From the NCBI GenBank assembly GCA_964360065.1, contig CAYHTW010000001.1:6526-70525 (forward strand): a stretch of DNA of 64,000 nt, read 5' to 3'. The DNA is from an uncultured Candidatus Saccharibacteria bacterium. GTDB lineage: Bacteria; Patescibacteriota; Minisyncoccia; UBA6257; Colwellbacteraceae. Each line of letters opens with the position of its first letter. The first letter of the stretch is position 1. A model generated the notes under the pieces. The model ran no database searches. It saw only the letters and a program-made list of their open reading frames with translations, and was not told where the DNA came from. This document shows positions 48,369-58,505 of the stretch, in pieces. Position numbers and translations under genes: made by a program.

Positions 48369-48397
48369 AGATTACAATATTTTTGTATTTAAGTCAA
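48369..48397 (-). promoter_or_regulatory. Promoter of the 3-gene operon: -35 TTGACT, 17-nt spacer, -10 TAATCT, leaderless
   Basis: Hexamers on minus strand; 8 nt between -10 and ATG at 48360. Confidence 0.4.
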
Positions 48398-48400
48398 TGC

Positions 48401-49312
48401 CTACGCTTGCCTCTTCCTAGTGGAAAAGTTATGCCAAACTACCAGTAGCGGGCTAGCAATGAAGATGGAAGAATATGTACCGGCGATAGTTCCTACAAGA
48501 ATAGTCAGAACGAAGTACTTGAGACTAACAGGACCTAAGAAATAGATGGCCAAGAGTACCAAAACTAAGGTTAGGGAAGTGTTGACGGATCGTGCAAAAG
48601 TTTCATTAAGGCTTCTGTTAATAATCTTGGCTAAGTTGTGATGAGCTTCCAGTGACTTAGTTAAATTCTCTCTGATTCTGTCAAAAACTACGATGTTGTC
48701 GTGTACCGAGAACCCCGCGACCACGAGAAGCGCCACTATGAAGTTTGTGTCCATAGCCACCCCCGTGAGTTTGCCCAAAAGAGCGAAAACTCCGGAAGAT
48801 ATTAAGACGTTGTGGATAAGAGTGCAGAGGGTTATAATTCCGTACTTCCAAGAGCTAACTGGCCTGGAAACTTTCCTGAAGACGAAAGTAACATATAAAG
48901 AAATGGCGACCATAACGAAAACAACAGCCATGATAGACTTCTGTCTCAACTCCTTAGAAACAGAAGGACTGACTCTCCAGAAATCAACGTCTTGGGAGTT
49001 CGGAAATTTTTGCTTTAGGAGGCTGAAATCAGCTTGTCTGTCAGCGTCTGAAAGTTCCTTTAATGTAAGTGAGTAAGTTTCACTTGGCGCATCGTAAGAA
49101 ACGCCAAATACATCTAGCTTCAAATCTGACTGGAAGAAATTCTGGACTGCGACCGCATCCACCCCAGGAACTTTGACCTGCCAAAGAGAACCCCCGGTAA
49201 AGTCCACGGCAAGTTTAAAGCCGTAGAGAGATATACTCAGAATGCTGGCAATAACTAAAACAGTCGAGAGTGCTAAGAAAATATTCTTTTTGCCGGTAAA
49301 ATTGATATTCAT
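48401..49312 (-). CDS. secF: Protein translocase subunit SecF
   Basis: INFTGGSLW motif, 6 TM; follows secD. Confidence 0.85.
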   Translation of the reverse strand: MNINFTGKKNIFLALSTVLVIASILSISLYGFKLAVDFTGGSLWQVKVPGVDAVAVQNFFQSDLKLDVFGVSYDAPSETYSLTLKELSDADRQADFSLLKQKFPNSQDVDFWRVSPSVSKELRQKSIMAVVFVMVAISLYVTFVFRKVSRPVSSWKYGIITLCTLIHNVLISSGVFALLGKLTGVAMDTNFIVALLVVAGFSVHDNIVVFDRIRENLTKSLEAHHNLAKIINRSLNETFARSVNTSLTLVLVLLAIYFLGPVSLKYFVLTILVGTIAGTYSSIFIASPLLVVWHNFSTRKRQA

Positions 49313-49320
49313 AGTTTTAG

Positions 49321-50655
49321 TTATCTCATAAATAATCTAAGCATATTTCTAGTTACGAAAATCGCGGAAAACATACTTATTAAAACGCCTATACCCAAAG
49401 TAAGGGCAAACCCCTGTACGAAGCTAGAGGTGAAGAAATACAAGATTCCAGCCGTAATCATGGTACTCACATTAGAGTCACGAATGGATAACCAGGCTCT
49501 CTTAAAGCCCTCCTCAATAGCGGAGGCTCTGAGCAAGCCTTTCTTCAGCTCTTCTCTGGTTCTTTCGAAGATAAGAATATTGGCATCCACGGCCATACCA
49601 ACAGAAAGAATGAAACCAGCAATACCGGACAAAGTCATGGTGAATGACGGTATTAAGCCCAAAAGACCCGATTTAAAGAAAGCCAGAGTCAATGCGGTAT
49701 AAACAACTAAGGCCACGCAGGCAAAAATACCGAAAACACGATAGTAAAAAATCATAAAGAGCATGACTAATCCTGCTCCTATCATTCCTGCCACAACGAC
49801 CTTATTAAGGGCGTCGGCGGCCGAAGTTGCGCTAACGGTTCTTTGGTTAGCTAACGTGATTGGGGCAGAAAGGGCTCCGGCGTTTAGCCTTTGTATTAAA
49901 GTTTTAGCCTCGTCAATGGTAAATCCTGCTCCACCTCCAGAAATAGTTGCTTGCCCTCCGGAAATTTTTTCGTTGACTCTAGGAGCGTCTGTTAATTGTC
50001 CATCCATAAAGATAGCTAATGGCTTGCCTACATTCCTGCCAGTAATGTCCTCAAAAATCTTCGCTCCTATATTGTTAAACTGCAAAGTTACTACGGGCTT
50101 ATTTAAATTATCAAAAGTTAAGGAAGCTCCGGCGATGTACCGACCAGTGAGTTCAGTTTTAGCGAAAGAAACATTCTGCCCGTCCTGAAGCACCTCCCTG
50201 AAATCAAGACTAGGCGTGGCTCCAATTTGATTAACGGCGTCTTTCAAGTCTTTGACGCCAGCCAAATCAACAATAAGCTCATAAGTATCTCCCTTTTGAG
50301 CAATGGAAATTTTAGGTTCAGCCACGCCATATAAGTTGACTCTTTTTTCAATAACGTCTTTAAGTCCTGCTACCACATCTGACCTGTCAGCGGCTTTAAC
50401 CTCTTTGAGGTCTATGTCATAAATCAAAGAGGTGCCTCCAACGAGATCTAAGCCCAAACTCCAGTGTTCGTTTATTTTAAAGTTGTCTCCCCAACTCTCA
50501 TGTCCAGTCCAACTGCCCAGAGTGTGGCCAATTTTCCAGAGGCCGTCATTAACACGAAGTTTCTCAAAAGCCCAAGGAGTAGAAAAAATACCCGAGACTA
50601 AAGCCACGATGATAATAGCGATAAATATGACTAAATTAGTTCTGAAACTTTTCAT
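49321..50655 (-). CDS. secD: Protein translocase subunit SecD
   Basis: GLDLVGGTSL motif, periplasmic domain, C-terminal 6 TM. Confidence 0.85.
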   Translation of the reverse strand: MKSFRTNLVIFIAIIIVALVSGIFSTPWAFEKLRVNDGLWKIGHTLGSWTGHESWGDNFKINEHWSLGLDLVGGTSLIYDIDLKEVKAADRSDVVAGLKDVIEKRVNLYGVAEPKISIAQKGDTYELIVDLAGVKDLKDAVNQIGATPSLDFREVLQDGQNVSFAKTELTGRYIAGASLTFDNLNKPVVTLQFNNIGAKIFEDITGRNVGKPLAIFMDGQLTDAPRVNEKISGGQATISGGGAGFTIDEAKTLIQRLNAGALSAPITLANQRTVSATSAADALNKVVVAGMIGAGLVMLFMIFYYRVFGIFACVALVVYTALTLAFFKSGLLGLIPSFTMTLSGIAGFILSVGMAVDANILIFERTREELKKGLLRASAIEEGFKRAWLSIRDSNVSTMITAGILYFFTSSFVQGFALTLGIGVLISMFSAIFVTRNMLRLFMR

Positions 50656-50667
50656 TGCGGAAATTGT

Positions 50668-50741
50668 GGTCCCCCCACAAGGAATCGAACCTTGATCAAT
50701 TGCTTAAAAGGCAACTGCTTTACCACTAAGCTATAGGGGGT
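50668..50741 (-). tRNA. tRNA-Lys (anticodon TTT), CCA encoded
   Basis: Hand-folded: acceptor CCCCCTA/TGGGGGG (one U-G), D-arm GCTT-AGTGGTAA-AAGC, anticodon arm GTTGC-CTTTTAA-GCAAT, T-arm CAAGG-TTCGATT-CCTTG, ACCA. Confidence 0.8.
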
Positions 50742-50791
50742 AAACTTAGTTTCTACTGTAAACTACTTTTTTAATATACTCTTTCCAATCA

Positions 50792-50816
50792 GCACTTTCC
50801 AAGTGCCTTTTGTTTA
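50792..50816 (+). terminator. Plus-strand-oriented hairpin + T-run (GCACTT-tcc-AAGTGC CTTTTGTTT) with no annotated plus-strand gene
   Basis: 6-bp stem, T-run 50808-50816. Confidence 0.3.
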
Positions 50817-50837
50817 AAAGTCCGCCAGCCGGCGGAT
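50817..50837 (-). terminator. Putative dnaJ terminator (TCCGCC-agcc-GGCGGA + UUUU on minus)
   Basis: 6-bp GC stem; A-run 50817-50820 on plus. Confidence 0.4.
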
Positions 50838-50859
50838 TTACCACTAAGCTATAGGGGGC
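50838..50859 (-). repeat. 22-nt exact duplicate of the tRNA-Lys 5' end (acceptor + D-arm 5' half); pseudo-tRNA fragment
   Basis: TTTACCACTAAGCTATAGGGGG identical at 50720-50741 and 50838-50859; second copy lacks rest of cloverleaf. Confidence 0.7.
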
Positions 50860-50891
50860 AGCCCCTCGTTAAAAGCGCTTAACGAAGCCTA

Positions 50892-51962
50892 CTATTCTTT
50901 AATCAGTTTTTCAAGTTCTGCGATAAGCGACTTCGCTTCAGCTGGAATATCTTTCGGAGTGTATGGATCAAGCCTAACTATCAAGTCGCTTTGAGATGTC
51001 ATACCTTCACCCTTTACCCTGATTTCCTTTGTTAAGGTATGTCCTAAAGGTACTTTAATTTCGGCTTTGCCACTAGACAATGTATCTACCTTTATCTTTT
51101 TTTCTAAAAGGATATCCAGGACATTGACCGGCAAAACAGTGTACAAGTCGTTCCCCTTTCTCTCAAATTTAGAGTGAGGCAGGACACTGACTTTAACGTA
51201 TAGATCTCCAGACTCGGTACCTCTTTCTCCAGCCTCACCCATACCTTTTATTTTGATAAGCTGGCCATCTTCTATAGCGGGTCTTATTTCCAAAACGGCA
51301 TTTCGGCTTCCATAGACTCTACCGAAACCCTTGCAGGTGGCACAAACTTTATTAGGAATCTGTCCGAACCCCTGACAGTGTTTACAAGCAATCACTTGAG
51401 CAAAATTGCCGAAGAATGTGTGGCGCGACTCTCTTACTTCCCCTCTGCCGTCACAGTATTCGCATTTTTTAGATCCAGCTTTAGTGTCCGATCCCAAACC
51501 CTTACAAGTAGTACAGACGAGCTGTGTCTGATAATCCAAATTGATTCTCTTACCGGCTTTAGCTTCTTCCAAAGTTATAGCCACTCCGATTTCTAAATCA
51601 GACCCTCTCTTATAAGCTTTTCTTTTGGGTTTTACGCCTAGACCCTCAAAGAAAGACTCAAAAACTTCGTTTAAATCTCCGACATTATCAAAGCCGCCGA
51701 AATTAATATCCCAATTAACGCCATCAAAGCCGGACCTGAAACCGGATGAACCGTTACCGGGTGAGACTCTTCCAAACCTATCGTACTCGGAACGTTTTTT
51801 GGAATCAGCAAGAATCTGATAAGCCTCGTTTATCTCTTTAAATTTTTTCTCGTCGCCGCCAGTCTTGTCGGGATGATATTTGTGAGCCAACTTACGATAA
51901 GCTTTTTTGATTTCATCAGAAGTGGCTGCTTTACTCACCCCCAGGACTTCGTAGTAATTCAT
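50892..51962 (-). CDS. dnaJ: Chaperone DnaJ
   Basis: J-domain HPD (YHPDKT), G/F region, four CxxCxGxG zinc-finger repeats. Confidence 0.92.
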   Translation of the reverse strand: MNYYEVLGVSKAATSDEIKKAYRKLAHKYHPDKTGGDEKKFKEINEAYQILADSKKRSEYDRFGRVSPGNGSSGFRSGFDGVNWDINFGGFDNVGDLNEVFESFFEGLGVKPKRKAYKRGSDLEIGVAITLEEAKAGKRINLDYQTQLVCTTCKGLGSDTKAGSKKCEYCDGRGEVRESRHTFFGNFAQVIACKHCQGFGQIPNKVCATCKGFGRVYGSRNAVLEIRPAIEDGQLIKIKGMGEAGERGTESGDLYVKVSVLPHSKFERKGNDLYTVLPVNVLDILLEKKIKVDTLSSGKAEIKVPLGHTLTKEIRVKGEGMTSQSDLIVRLDPYTPKDIPAEAKSLIAELEKLIKE

Positions 51963-52933
51963 TACTTCAAAACTATCACTTCCCTGCTACGCGACTCAAG
52001 CTGAACCAAGGCAAATCCTGCAGCCAGGATTATTTCGTAGAAAACAAAAACTATAAAAGCTATTGGTAAGTAAAGAATAGGCATCACGCTCCTAATAAGA
52101 TAATAGATTGAGATAACGCCGATAATAATAACAAAGATTAGCGAATTGCCGGCCAGCCGATTGTAGGCAGCCATAATACCGTTATAGATATTGGTTGAGA
52201 TGGGTTTATTAAGATCAATTGTGCTGCCAGTGGAGATCTCAATGCTGGTGCTGAATTTATTTATTAAACTAGTAATAGCTTGATTCTTAGCAGCTGGAGT
52301 AAGTTTCCCTAGCTCTTGCTTATCCGTCTCGCTAAAGTTACTGACGAGCATCTCGGTAATAAACTCTTTAGTGTTTTTACTCGGGTCAAAGTCGCGCAAG
52401 TAAGCGGCTATTATCGGGCTCGTTGGTTTTAAAATGAAGTTAGTAAAATTGGTTTCTGTAAAAAAACTGCCATTAACGGAAAGGAGCGCTAGGAAGAAAA
52501 GCATCAGAGCAGGAACATTACTACTCAAGGACACTTTACAAATTTTCCAGAAACGAACCTTAATGGATGTTTCTAGTTCCCGCCTGACATCAAAAAAAGA
52601 CTTAACGAGAACTGCCACCAAAACGGTAATCACGGCAACCAACATCCCAGAAAAGTCAGCATAGAAGAACCCTGCTCCGGCCACTGATTCTAAGCAGGCT
52701 GCCACGAAAAGTTTATCAAACCCTTTAACGAAAAAGTTTTGCAGAACAAGCATCACCGAAAGAAATATCATGGAAATAAGACCCAAAAGTAAATAGCCGT
52801 TAGCAAATAAGTAACTAGTGAGGGTAGAAAGCAAAACGCCGCCAACTACAACAATGTAAATTTTGACCATAGACTGGTCGGCATCTATAGCTTCAACTTG
52901 CGCGTTCAAAATAGTACTACTGTCTGGGAGCAT
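51962..52933 (-). CDS. Polytopic membrane protein of unknown function inserted between dnaK and dnaJ
   Basis: 323 aa, ~7 hydrophobic helices, no recognisable family. Confidence 0.45.
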   Translation of the reverse strand: MLPDSSTILNAQVEAIDADQSMVKIYIVVVGGVLLSTLTSYLFANGYLLLGLISMIFLSVMLVLQNFFVKGFDKLFVAACLESVAGAGFFYADFSGMLVAVITVLVAVLVKSFFDVRRELETSIKVRFWKICKVSLSSNVPALMLFFLALLSVNGSFFTETNFTNFILKPTSPIIAAYLRDFDPSKNTKEFITEMLVSNFSETDKQELGKLTPAAKNQAITSLINKFSTSIEISTGSTIDLNKPISTNIYNGIMAAYNRLAGNSLIFVIIIGVISIYYLIRSVMPILYLPIAFIVFVFYEIILAAGFALVQLESRSREVIVLK

Positions 52934-54764
52934 CCTTTTTATTATACATCTCCCCGCCTATCTTTTGAATTTCTTCCGAGAGTTCCTGGGCCGCTCTTTC
53001 TATTTCAGTCTGGTTGTCAGACGAAAGAGCCGCTTTAAGGGTGTCTATTTTTACTTGAACGGCAGTTTTTATTTCTCCGGAGACTTTATCACCTGCCTCG
53101 TTAATGGCTTTAGTGGCTGCGTATACAAGATTCTCGGCTTTATTCTTTAGTTCCACTGTTTCTCTTTTTTTCTTGTCTTCTTCGGCGTATTGGGCAGCCT
53201 CGGCCTTGAGCTTCTCAACTTCGTCTTTAGATAAAGAAGTGCTCGCTTCGATCCTGACAGACTGGCTCTTGGAGCTGGCTTTATCCAATGCCTTAACGTT
53301 TAAAATGCCGTTAGCGTCTATATCAAAAGCTACTTCCACCTGCGGAATACCCCGAGGCGATGGCGGCAAGCCATCCAAAATAAATCTAGCCAAAGTTTTA
53401 TTATCGGAGGCCATTTCTCGCTCTCCCTGAAGAACATGAATCTCAACTGAAGTTTGATTATCGGCAGCGGTAGAGAAAACTTGAGTTTTGGCTGTGGGCA
53501 CCGTAGTGTTTTTCTCTATAAGTTTAGTGAAAACTCCTCCCATAGTCTCAATACCCAAAGAAAGCGGAGTGACGTCAAGCAACAGAACATCTTTAACATC
53601 TCCCTGGAAGATGCCTGCCTGGACTGCCGCTCCTAAAGCCACAACTTCGTCGGGGTTAATGCCCCTGTGTGGTTCTTTGCCGAAAAGCTTTTTAACAGCT
53701 TCTTGGATAGCCGGCATTCTGGTCTGCCCTCCCACTAGGAGAACTTCGTTAACATCACTGATCTTAAAGCCGGCTTCCATGACAGTCTGCTCCGTGAGCT
53801 TAATGGATTTATCAATGTAATCTTGCACTAGTGATTCTAACTTGGCCCGGCTGAGCTTCATTAAGAAGTGCTTGGGGCCGGAAGCATCAGAACTTATATA
53901 TGGTAAATTAATTTCTGTCTCCAAGGCGGTAGAGAGTTCGTGCTTGGCACGCTCCACTCCCTCCTTCAATCTCTGCAAGGCTAATGGATCGTTAGAAACA
54001 TCTATGCCTTCTCTTTTCTTATATTCGGCTACCACATATTCGGTAATACGCTTATCAAAATCATCTCCTCCAAGGTGTGTATCACCACCTGTACCACGAA
54101 CCTCAACATGCGATTCTTTCTTCCCATCTTCCATATCTGCCTCGCCTACTTCCAGTATGGAAATATCAAATGTGCCTCCGCCGAAATCATAAACAACTAT
54201 TTTCTCTTCTTTCTGTTTGTTAAGCCCGTAAGCCAAAGCAGCGGCAGTAGGTTCGTTCAAGATTCTCCTTACTTTAAAGCCAGCTATCTCGCCTGCATTC
54301 TTAGTAGCCTGCCTTTGAGTATCGTCAAAATAAGCCGGCACGGTAATAACAGCTTCTTCTATGGTTTCACCGAGTTTTGCTTCCGTATCTGCCTTGAGCT
54401 TAGACAAAACCATGGCAGAAATTTCTTCCGGCTTATACCACCTGTCTGTTATTTTTATTTCTACTCCTCCGTCAGCGCCTTCTTTAATCTCGTAAGGCAA
54501 AATCTTCTTATCTTTCTGAACCACTTCGTCTTTAAATTTACGTCCGATGAGACGCTTAACGGAGAAAATGGTGTTTTGGGGATTGGTTATCGCTTGACGC
54601 TTGGCGAGTAATCCAACCAAACGTTCGCCGGATTTGGAAACAGCCACGACAGAAGGAGTAGTTCTTGCTCCCTCGGAGTTTTCCAAAATTTTCGGCTCGC
54701 CGCCTTCAATAACGGCCGTAGCCGAATTTGTAGTTCCTAAATCTATTCCAAGTATTTTTGCCAT
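52917..54764 (-). CDS. dnaK: Chaperone DnaK (Hsp70)
   Basis: [14 protein letters not shown] start (ORF-track extension trimmed), DLGGGTFD, full-length Hsp70. Confidence 0.95.
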   Translation of the reverse strand: MAKILGIDLGTTNSATAVIEGGEPKILENSEGARTTPSVVAVSKSGERLVGLLAKRQAITNPQNTIFSVKRLIGRKFKDEVVQKDKKILPYEIKEGADGGVEIKITDRWYKPEEISAMVLSKLKADTEAKLGETIEEAVITVPAYFDDTQRQATKNAGEIAGFKVRRILNEPTAAALAYGLNKQKEEKIVVYDFGGGTFDISILEVGEADMEDGKKESHVEVRGTGGDTHLGGDDFDKRITEYVVAEYKKREGIDVSNDPLALQRLKEGVERAKHELSTALETEINLPYISSDASGPKHFLMKLSRAKLESLVQDYIDKSIKLTEQTVMEAGFKISDVNEVLLVGGQTRMPAIQEAVKKLFGKEPHRGINPDEVVALGAAVQAGIFQGDVKDVLLLDVTPLSLGIETMGGVFTKLIEKNTTVPTAKTQVFSTAADNQTSVEIHVLQGEREMASDNKTLARFILDGLPPSPRGIPQVEVAFDIDANGILNVKALDKASSKSQSVRIEASTSLSKDEVEKLKAEAAQYAEEDKKKRETVELKNKAENLVYAATKAINEAGDKVSGEIKTAVQVKIDTLKAALSSDNQTEIERAAQELSEEIQKIGGEMYNKKDAPRQ

Positions 54765-54769
54765 GTGTT

Positions 54770-55456
54770 TTAGAGTAATTTCTTTATGTAATTTATCGGG
54801 CGACAAATTCCTAAATTAGCTGGTATATCAACGAGTTTGTTATCCGGCAGTATAGTTTTTTGAGATATTCTGCCGCTTACTACACCAATAACTTCTCCCG
54901 TAGATTTAAGGAATATCGGAGAACCGCTAGAGCCATTGTTCACGTGAGCATCAATCATGAAAAAATCCAAAGAAGCATCTTGTCTTCTCTTTATTGAGCT
55001 AATAATAGAGTGCCCAAGGCTAAGAGTGACGCCAAAATTCATAGACAACATCTCAGTAGCCAACGGGTACCCTAAAGAAAGTAGTTCGTTACCTTCTTCA
55101 ACTTTTTCTAAATCTCCTATCTTGGCCACCGTATCAAAAACAGCTCCCGTATCATCTTTAAGCTTCATCAGAACCAAATCATTTATTTCATCCATCTTAA
55201 GTAGTTCTATCTTGAGACTTCTATAGTAAACTATCCCCTTCTCTTCTTTGGCAAATATTTGGGCCTCTAAACATTGTCTTTCACCTTCGGGTATTTCTTT
55301 GTAAACGTGGGTATTAGTTATAAACTTGCCGTCTTCCGAAACGATGAAGCCAGTGCCTCTTACGCTTACCTTGCTCTGATTATTTTCTCCTGGAACAAAT
55401 AAACGGAGAAGGAGTATCGCCTTGTAATTTTTCTTAAATATTTCTGAGTTTTCCAT
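54770..55456 (-). CDS. Trypsin-like serine protease (S1/Trypsin_2 fold), no PDZ, no signal peptide
   Basis: Catalytic triad context TNTHV (His), NDLVLMKL (Asp), GSSGSP (Ser); 228 aa. Confidence 0.65.
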   Translation of the reverse strand: MENSEIFKKNYKAILLLRLFVPGENNQSKVSVRGTGFIVSEDGKFITNTHVYKEIPEGERQCLEAQIFAKEEKGIVYYRSLKIELLKMDEINDLVLMKLKDDTGAVFDTVAKIGDLEKVEEGNELLSLGYPLATEMLSMNFGVTLSLGHSIISSIKRRQDASLDFFMIDAHVNNGSSGSPIFLKSTGEVIGVVSGRISQKTILPDNKLVDIPANLGICRPINYIKKLL

Positions 55457-55457
55457 T

Positions 55458-55967
55458 TTATTTATTTTTTATATTATTTAAAAGTTCCCCCATTTCCTTA
55501 AAAAGCTTTTCTTTGCTAATAACTTGCCCTTTGGCTGGGGAAAATACGAATCTAATATTCATATTCCTCGCTATAGCCGCTTCGTGGTAGCTTCTAGCTA
55601 TGAGTAAGTAACCGCCCTGAGAAGCACATAGAACTGTCCTAAAATCATTATCACTAGCAAAAGAGCTGTAAGGATTACTCGTAGTACCTCCGTTTAGCTG
55701 GTAAGGGACTAAAACACTGATAAAACTCTTGTTATCAACGTAACCTTCACTAAAAGGATTAGTAGTTTCACTTGTGACTACGTTGATCTCTTGGAAGATA
55801 CTGAGACTAGTCTGACTAGCTAACACAAGGAGATAACCGCTATCACCTTTAGATACGGCACTATCTGGAACAATGCCGTTAAAGAGTTTTGCAACAATAC
55901 TTAATTCTACATGGTTTATCTCCTTCATTAATGTAACTGAACTCGGATTATAATCAATAAATTTCAT
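55458..55967 (-). CDS. Hypothetical protein co-transcribed with the protease
   Basis: 169-aa ORF 1 nt upstream of protease start; no recognisable motif. Confidence 0.4.
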   Translation of the reverse strand: MKFIDYNPSSVTLMKEINHVELSIVAKLFNGIVPDSAVSKGDSGYLLVLASQTSLSIFQEINVVTSETTNPFSEGYVDNKSFISVLVPYQLNGGTTSNPYSSFASDNDFRTVLCASQGGYLLIARSYHEAAIARNMNIRFVFSPAKGQVISKEKLFKEMGELLNNIKNK

Positions 55968-55969
55968 TT

Positions 55970-56548
55970 TTACTTAAATATTTTTACTCTAATTGGTCTT
56001 AACACTTTATTATAGAGCACATAACCGGATTCAACCTCTTCCGCTACATTGCCCGATTCACCGCCCTCCACTACTGCTACTGCCTCGTGACACATCGGAT
56101 TGAATTCTTCTCCAGGACTCGCGTTGATTCTAGTAAGTCCATTCTTCTTAAGCACGTCTTCTAGCTGGTTCTTAATCATACTCACCCCTTTCTCCGCACC
56201 GTTGCCGACACTCTTCAGGGAGACTAGGGCTAAGTCAAAACTGTCTAGAACCGCTATCAAGTCTTTCATAATGTCCTCGGTAGCGTATTTAGCCATATCC
56301 TCCAACCTCTTTAACTCTTCCTTCTTGTAATTGATGTGGTCGGCCTTGCTTCTTTTCCAACCATCCAGATATTCATCCTTTTCCCGCAACACCTTATCCA
56401 GCTCGTGGCTAAGCTCTTTTAACCCCTGGATTTCAGAATCATTGAAGTCGTCGCTCTTTTCACTATTTTGTTTATTGATCTCTTTACCTTCCATGAGAAA
56501 ATTATTGAATTCGTTCAGAAATCTAAATAAAAGCTGGTAACTTGTCAA
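55970..56548 (-). CDS. grpE: Nucleotide exchange factor GrpE
   Basis: Coiled-coil N-region, RxKAD..NYKKE...DSFDLAL, C-terminal beta domain. Confidence 0.75.
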   Translation of the reverse strand: MTSYQLLFRFLNEFNNFLMEGKEINKQNSEKSDDFNDSEIQGLKELSHELDKVLREKDEYLDGWKRSKADHINYKKEELKRLEDMAKYATEDIMKDLIAVLDSFDLALVSLKSVGNGAEKGVSMIKNQLEDVLKKNGLTRINASPGEEFNPMCHEAVAVVEGGESGNVAEEVESGYVLYNKVLRPIRVKIFK

Positions 56549-56554
56549 GAAGAA

Positions 56555-57157
56555 TTACAAACGTCTGTCCAAGGCGCTCCTTAAAGTTTCATCGTCGGCA
56601 AACTCTATTTCTCCGCCGGTAGGAATACCGCGTCCCAGTTTGCTAATTTTAAGAGCCATACCATCCATTTCTTTGGTTATCATAGACGCGTTAAGGTCTC
56701 CATACGTACTGGGGTTAATAGCTACTATGATTTCTTCGGCTTTACCACCCAATTCTTCACCTATCCAGGCCTTGAGGCTCTGTAAGCGCAACTTCTGCTC
56801 TGTCTCCAGAACTCCGTTCTTCCTCAGGTCCCCCAAGATAAGATACCTGCCTTCAAAGTTGCCGGTACTTTCTAAGGACATTAAATCTGTCTCTTTTTCC
56901 ACAATAGCTATAACTCTCTGGTTGCGCTTAGGGTTGCGGCAGATTTCGCAATATCCATCGGCGTTCTCGTGGATATAAAAGCACTGTTTGCAGATTTTAA
57001 TATTCCTTAAATTAGCCAAAGTCTTCGCGGCTTCGGTTTCATAAGCTAGGCCTTGATGGATAAAATAAAAAGCTAACCTCACTGCTTGTCTGGGACCTAT
57101 GCCAGGAAGCTCAGAGAAAATATCTACGAACTTTTTAATAACCTCCGGTATTCTCAT
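56555..57157 (-). CDS. recR: Recombination protein RecR
   Basis: HhH N-terminus, C4 zinc finger CKQC...CEIC, Toprim domain. Confidence 0.85.
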   Translation of the reverse strand: MRIPEVIKKFVDIFSELPGIGPRQAVRLAFYFIHQGLAYETEAAKTLANLRNIKICKQCFYIHENADGYCEICRNPKRNQRVIAIVEKETDLMSLESTGNFEGRYLILGDLRKNGVLETEQKLRLQSLKAWIGEELGGKAEEIIVAINPSTYGDLNASMITKEMDGMALKISKLGRGIPTGGEIEFADDETLRSALDRRL

Positions 57158-58505
57158 TTCTTTTATCTAAACTGCTGAAACTGGCGCGGTTCTTATCAAA
57201 GAAAAGTCCCACCGAACCAGTTGGACCATTCCTGTGCTTAGCCACAATAATTTCAACGATATTCTGTTCATCCGGAGGCGTGTCGGGTCCACGGTCTTTA
57301 GGATGGATTAACATCACCACGTCGGCATCTTGTTCAATTGAACCTGATTCTCTTAAGTCGGAAAGTCGGGGCATTTTACCTTCTCTCTGGTCCACGGCGC
57401 GTGAGAGCTGGGAGACAGCGATAACCGGCACGTTAAGCTCCCTGGCAATAGACTTGAGGCCACGCGAAATTTCCGTGACCTGCTGGACAATCGATTCGTA
57501 GTTGGTTCTGCCCTGGATAAGCTGCAAGTAATCCACCACTAAAAGAGCCAACCCCTTGTGTTCGGCTTGCAGGCGTCTGGCCATACTCCTTATTTGGATA
57601 ATGTTCGGGGAAGGAGTGTCGTCTATAAATAACGGGGCACGGGACAGCCTGTCTAGCCCTGATTGCACCATTTCAAAATCAACTTCTTCTTTAAGCCTGC
57701 CCGTCCTTAACTGCCAAAGATCCACACCGGACTCAGCCGCAATTAATCTATCTACAACCTGTTCACGGCTCATCTCCAAAGAGAAGATTCCGACAGGAAG
57801 ATTATGTTTAACAGCGGCGTTGCGGGCAATATCCAGACAAAACGAAGTTTTTCCGTATGATGGTCTAGCTCCAACGATGATAAGATCCGACTTCTGTAGA
57901 CCGGAGAGAATATTGTCCAGTTCTATAAAACTGGTAGGCACGCCCCGCATCGCCCCTTTCTCTCCCTTGTGGAGATTCTCAATTCTCTCGTAAGCTCCTT
58001 TGAGTTCTTCGCTGATAGGCACGAAGTTCTTGAAAGTTCCATGCTGGGAAATACCAAAAATTCTTTGCTCTACCAAATCCAGTAAGCTATCTATGTCTTC
58101 GTTCTCGGGGTGAAAAGCTTTGTCGGTAATTTCGGCTGAAGCGTTAATTAATTCCCGCAAGATTCTTTTCTCTTTAACAATCTTGCCGTAGTGAAGAACA
58201 TGGGAAGAGGTAGGAACAGAATTAACTAGATCTGTTAAATAGGCCGACCCTCCTATTTCTTTTAAGATTTCATTTTTGCGAAGTTCGGCGGTAACGCTCA
58301 AAATATCAATTGGCTCGTGGCGTTCCCAAAGTTTAAAAATCGTTTCATAAATAAGAGAATGGGCTTTCTTGTAAAAATCACTGGGGTTAAGAATATCAAC
58401 GATAGTATAGATAGCGTCTTTGTCTATCATTAAAGCCCCGAGGACCGATTGCTCGGCGTCGAGGTCTTGTGGGGGCAGTTTAAGTAAATCTTTAGTTTTT
58501 GCCAT
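57135..58505 (-). CDS. dnaB: Replicative DNA helicase DnaB
   Basis: N-terminal domain LPPQDLDAEQSVLGALM, Walker A GARPSYGKTSF, RecA-like C-domain. Confidence 0.9.
   Translation of the reverse strand: MAKTKDLLKLPPQDLDAEQSVLGALMIDKDAIYTIVDILNPSDFYKKAHSLIYETIFKLWERHEPIDILSVTAELRKNEILKEIGGSAYLTDLVNSVPTSSHVLHYGKIVKEKRILRELINASAEITDKAFHPENEDIDSLLDLVEQRIFGISQHGTFKNFVPISEELKGAYERIENLHKGEKGAMRGVPTSFIELDNILSGLQKSDLIIVGARPSYGKTSFCLDIARNAAVKHNLPVGIFSLEMSREQVVDRLIAAESGVDLWQLRTGRLKEEVDFEMVQSGLDRLSRAPLFIDDTPSPNIIQIRSMARRLQAEHKGLALLVVDYLQLIQGRTNYESIVQQVTEISRGLKSIARELNVPVIAVSQLSRAVDQREGKMPRLSDLRESGSIEQDADVVMLIHPKDRGPDTPPDEQNIVEIIVAKHRNGPTGSVGLFFDKNRASFSSLDKRNENTGGY

Noticed and set aside
50742-50862. Possible second tRNA or split tRNA upstream of tRNA-Lys
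   Set aside because: Only the acceptor/D-arm 5' half is present. No D-stem partner, anticodon arm or T-arm could be folded.
53104-54819. Plus-strand ORFs of 60-178 aa
   Set aside because: Antisense to the highly conserved dnaK; low-complexity translations.
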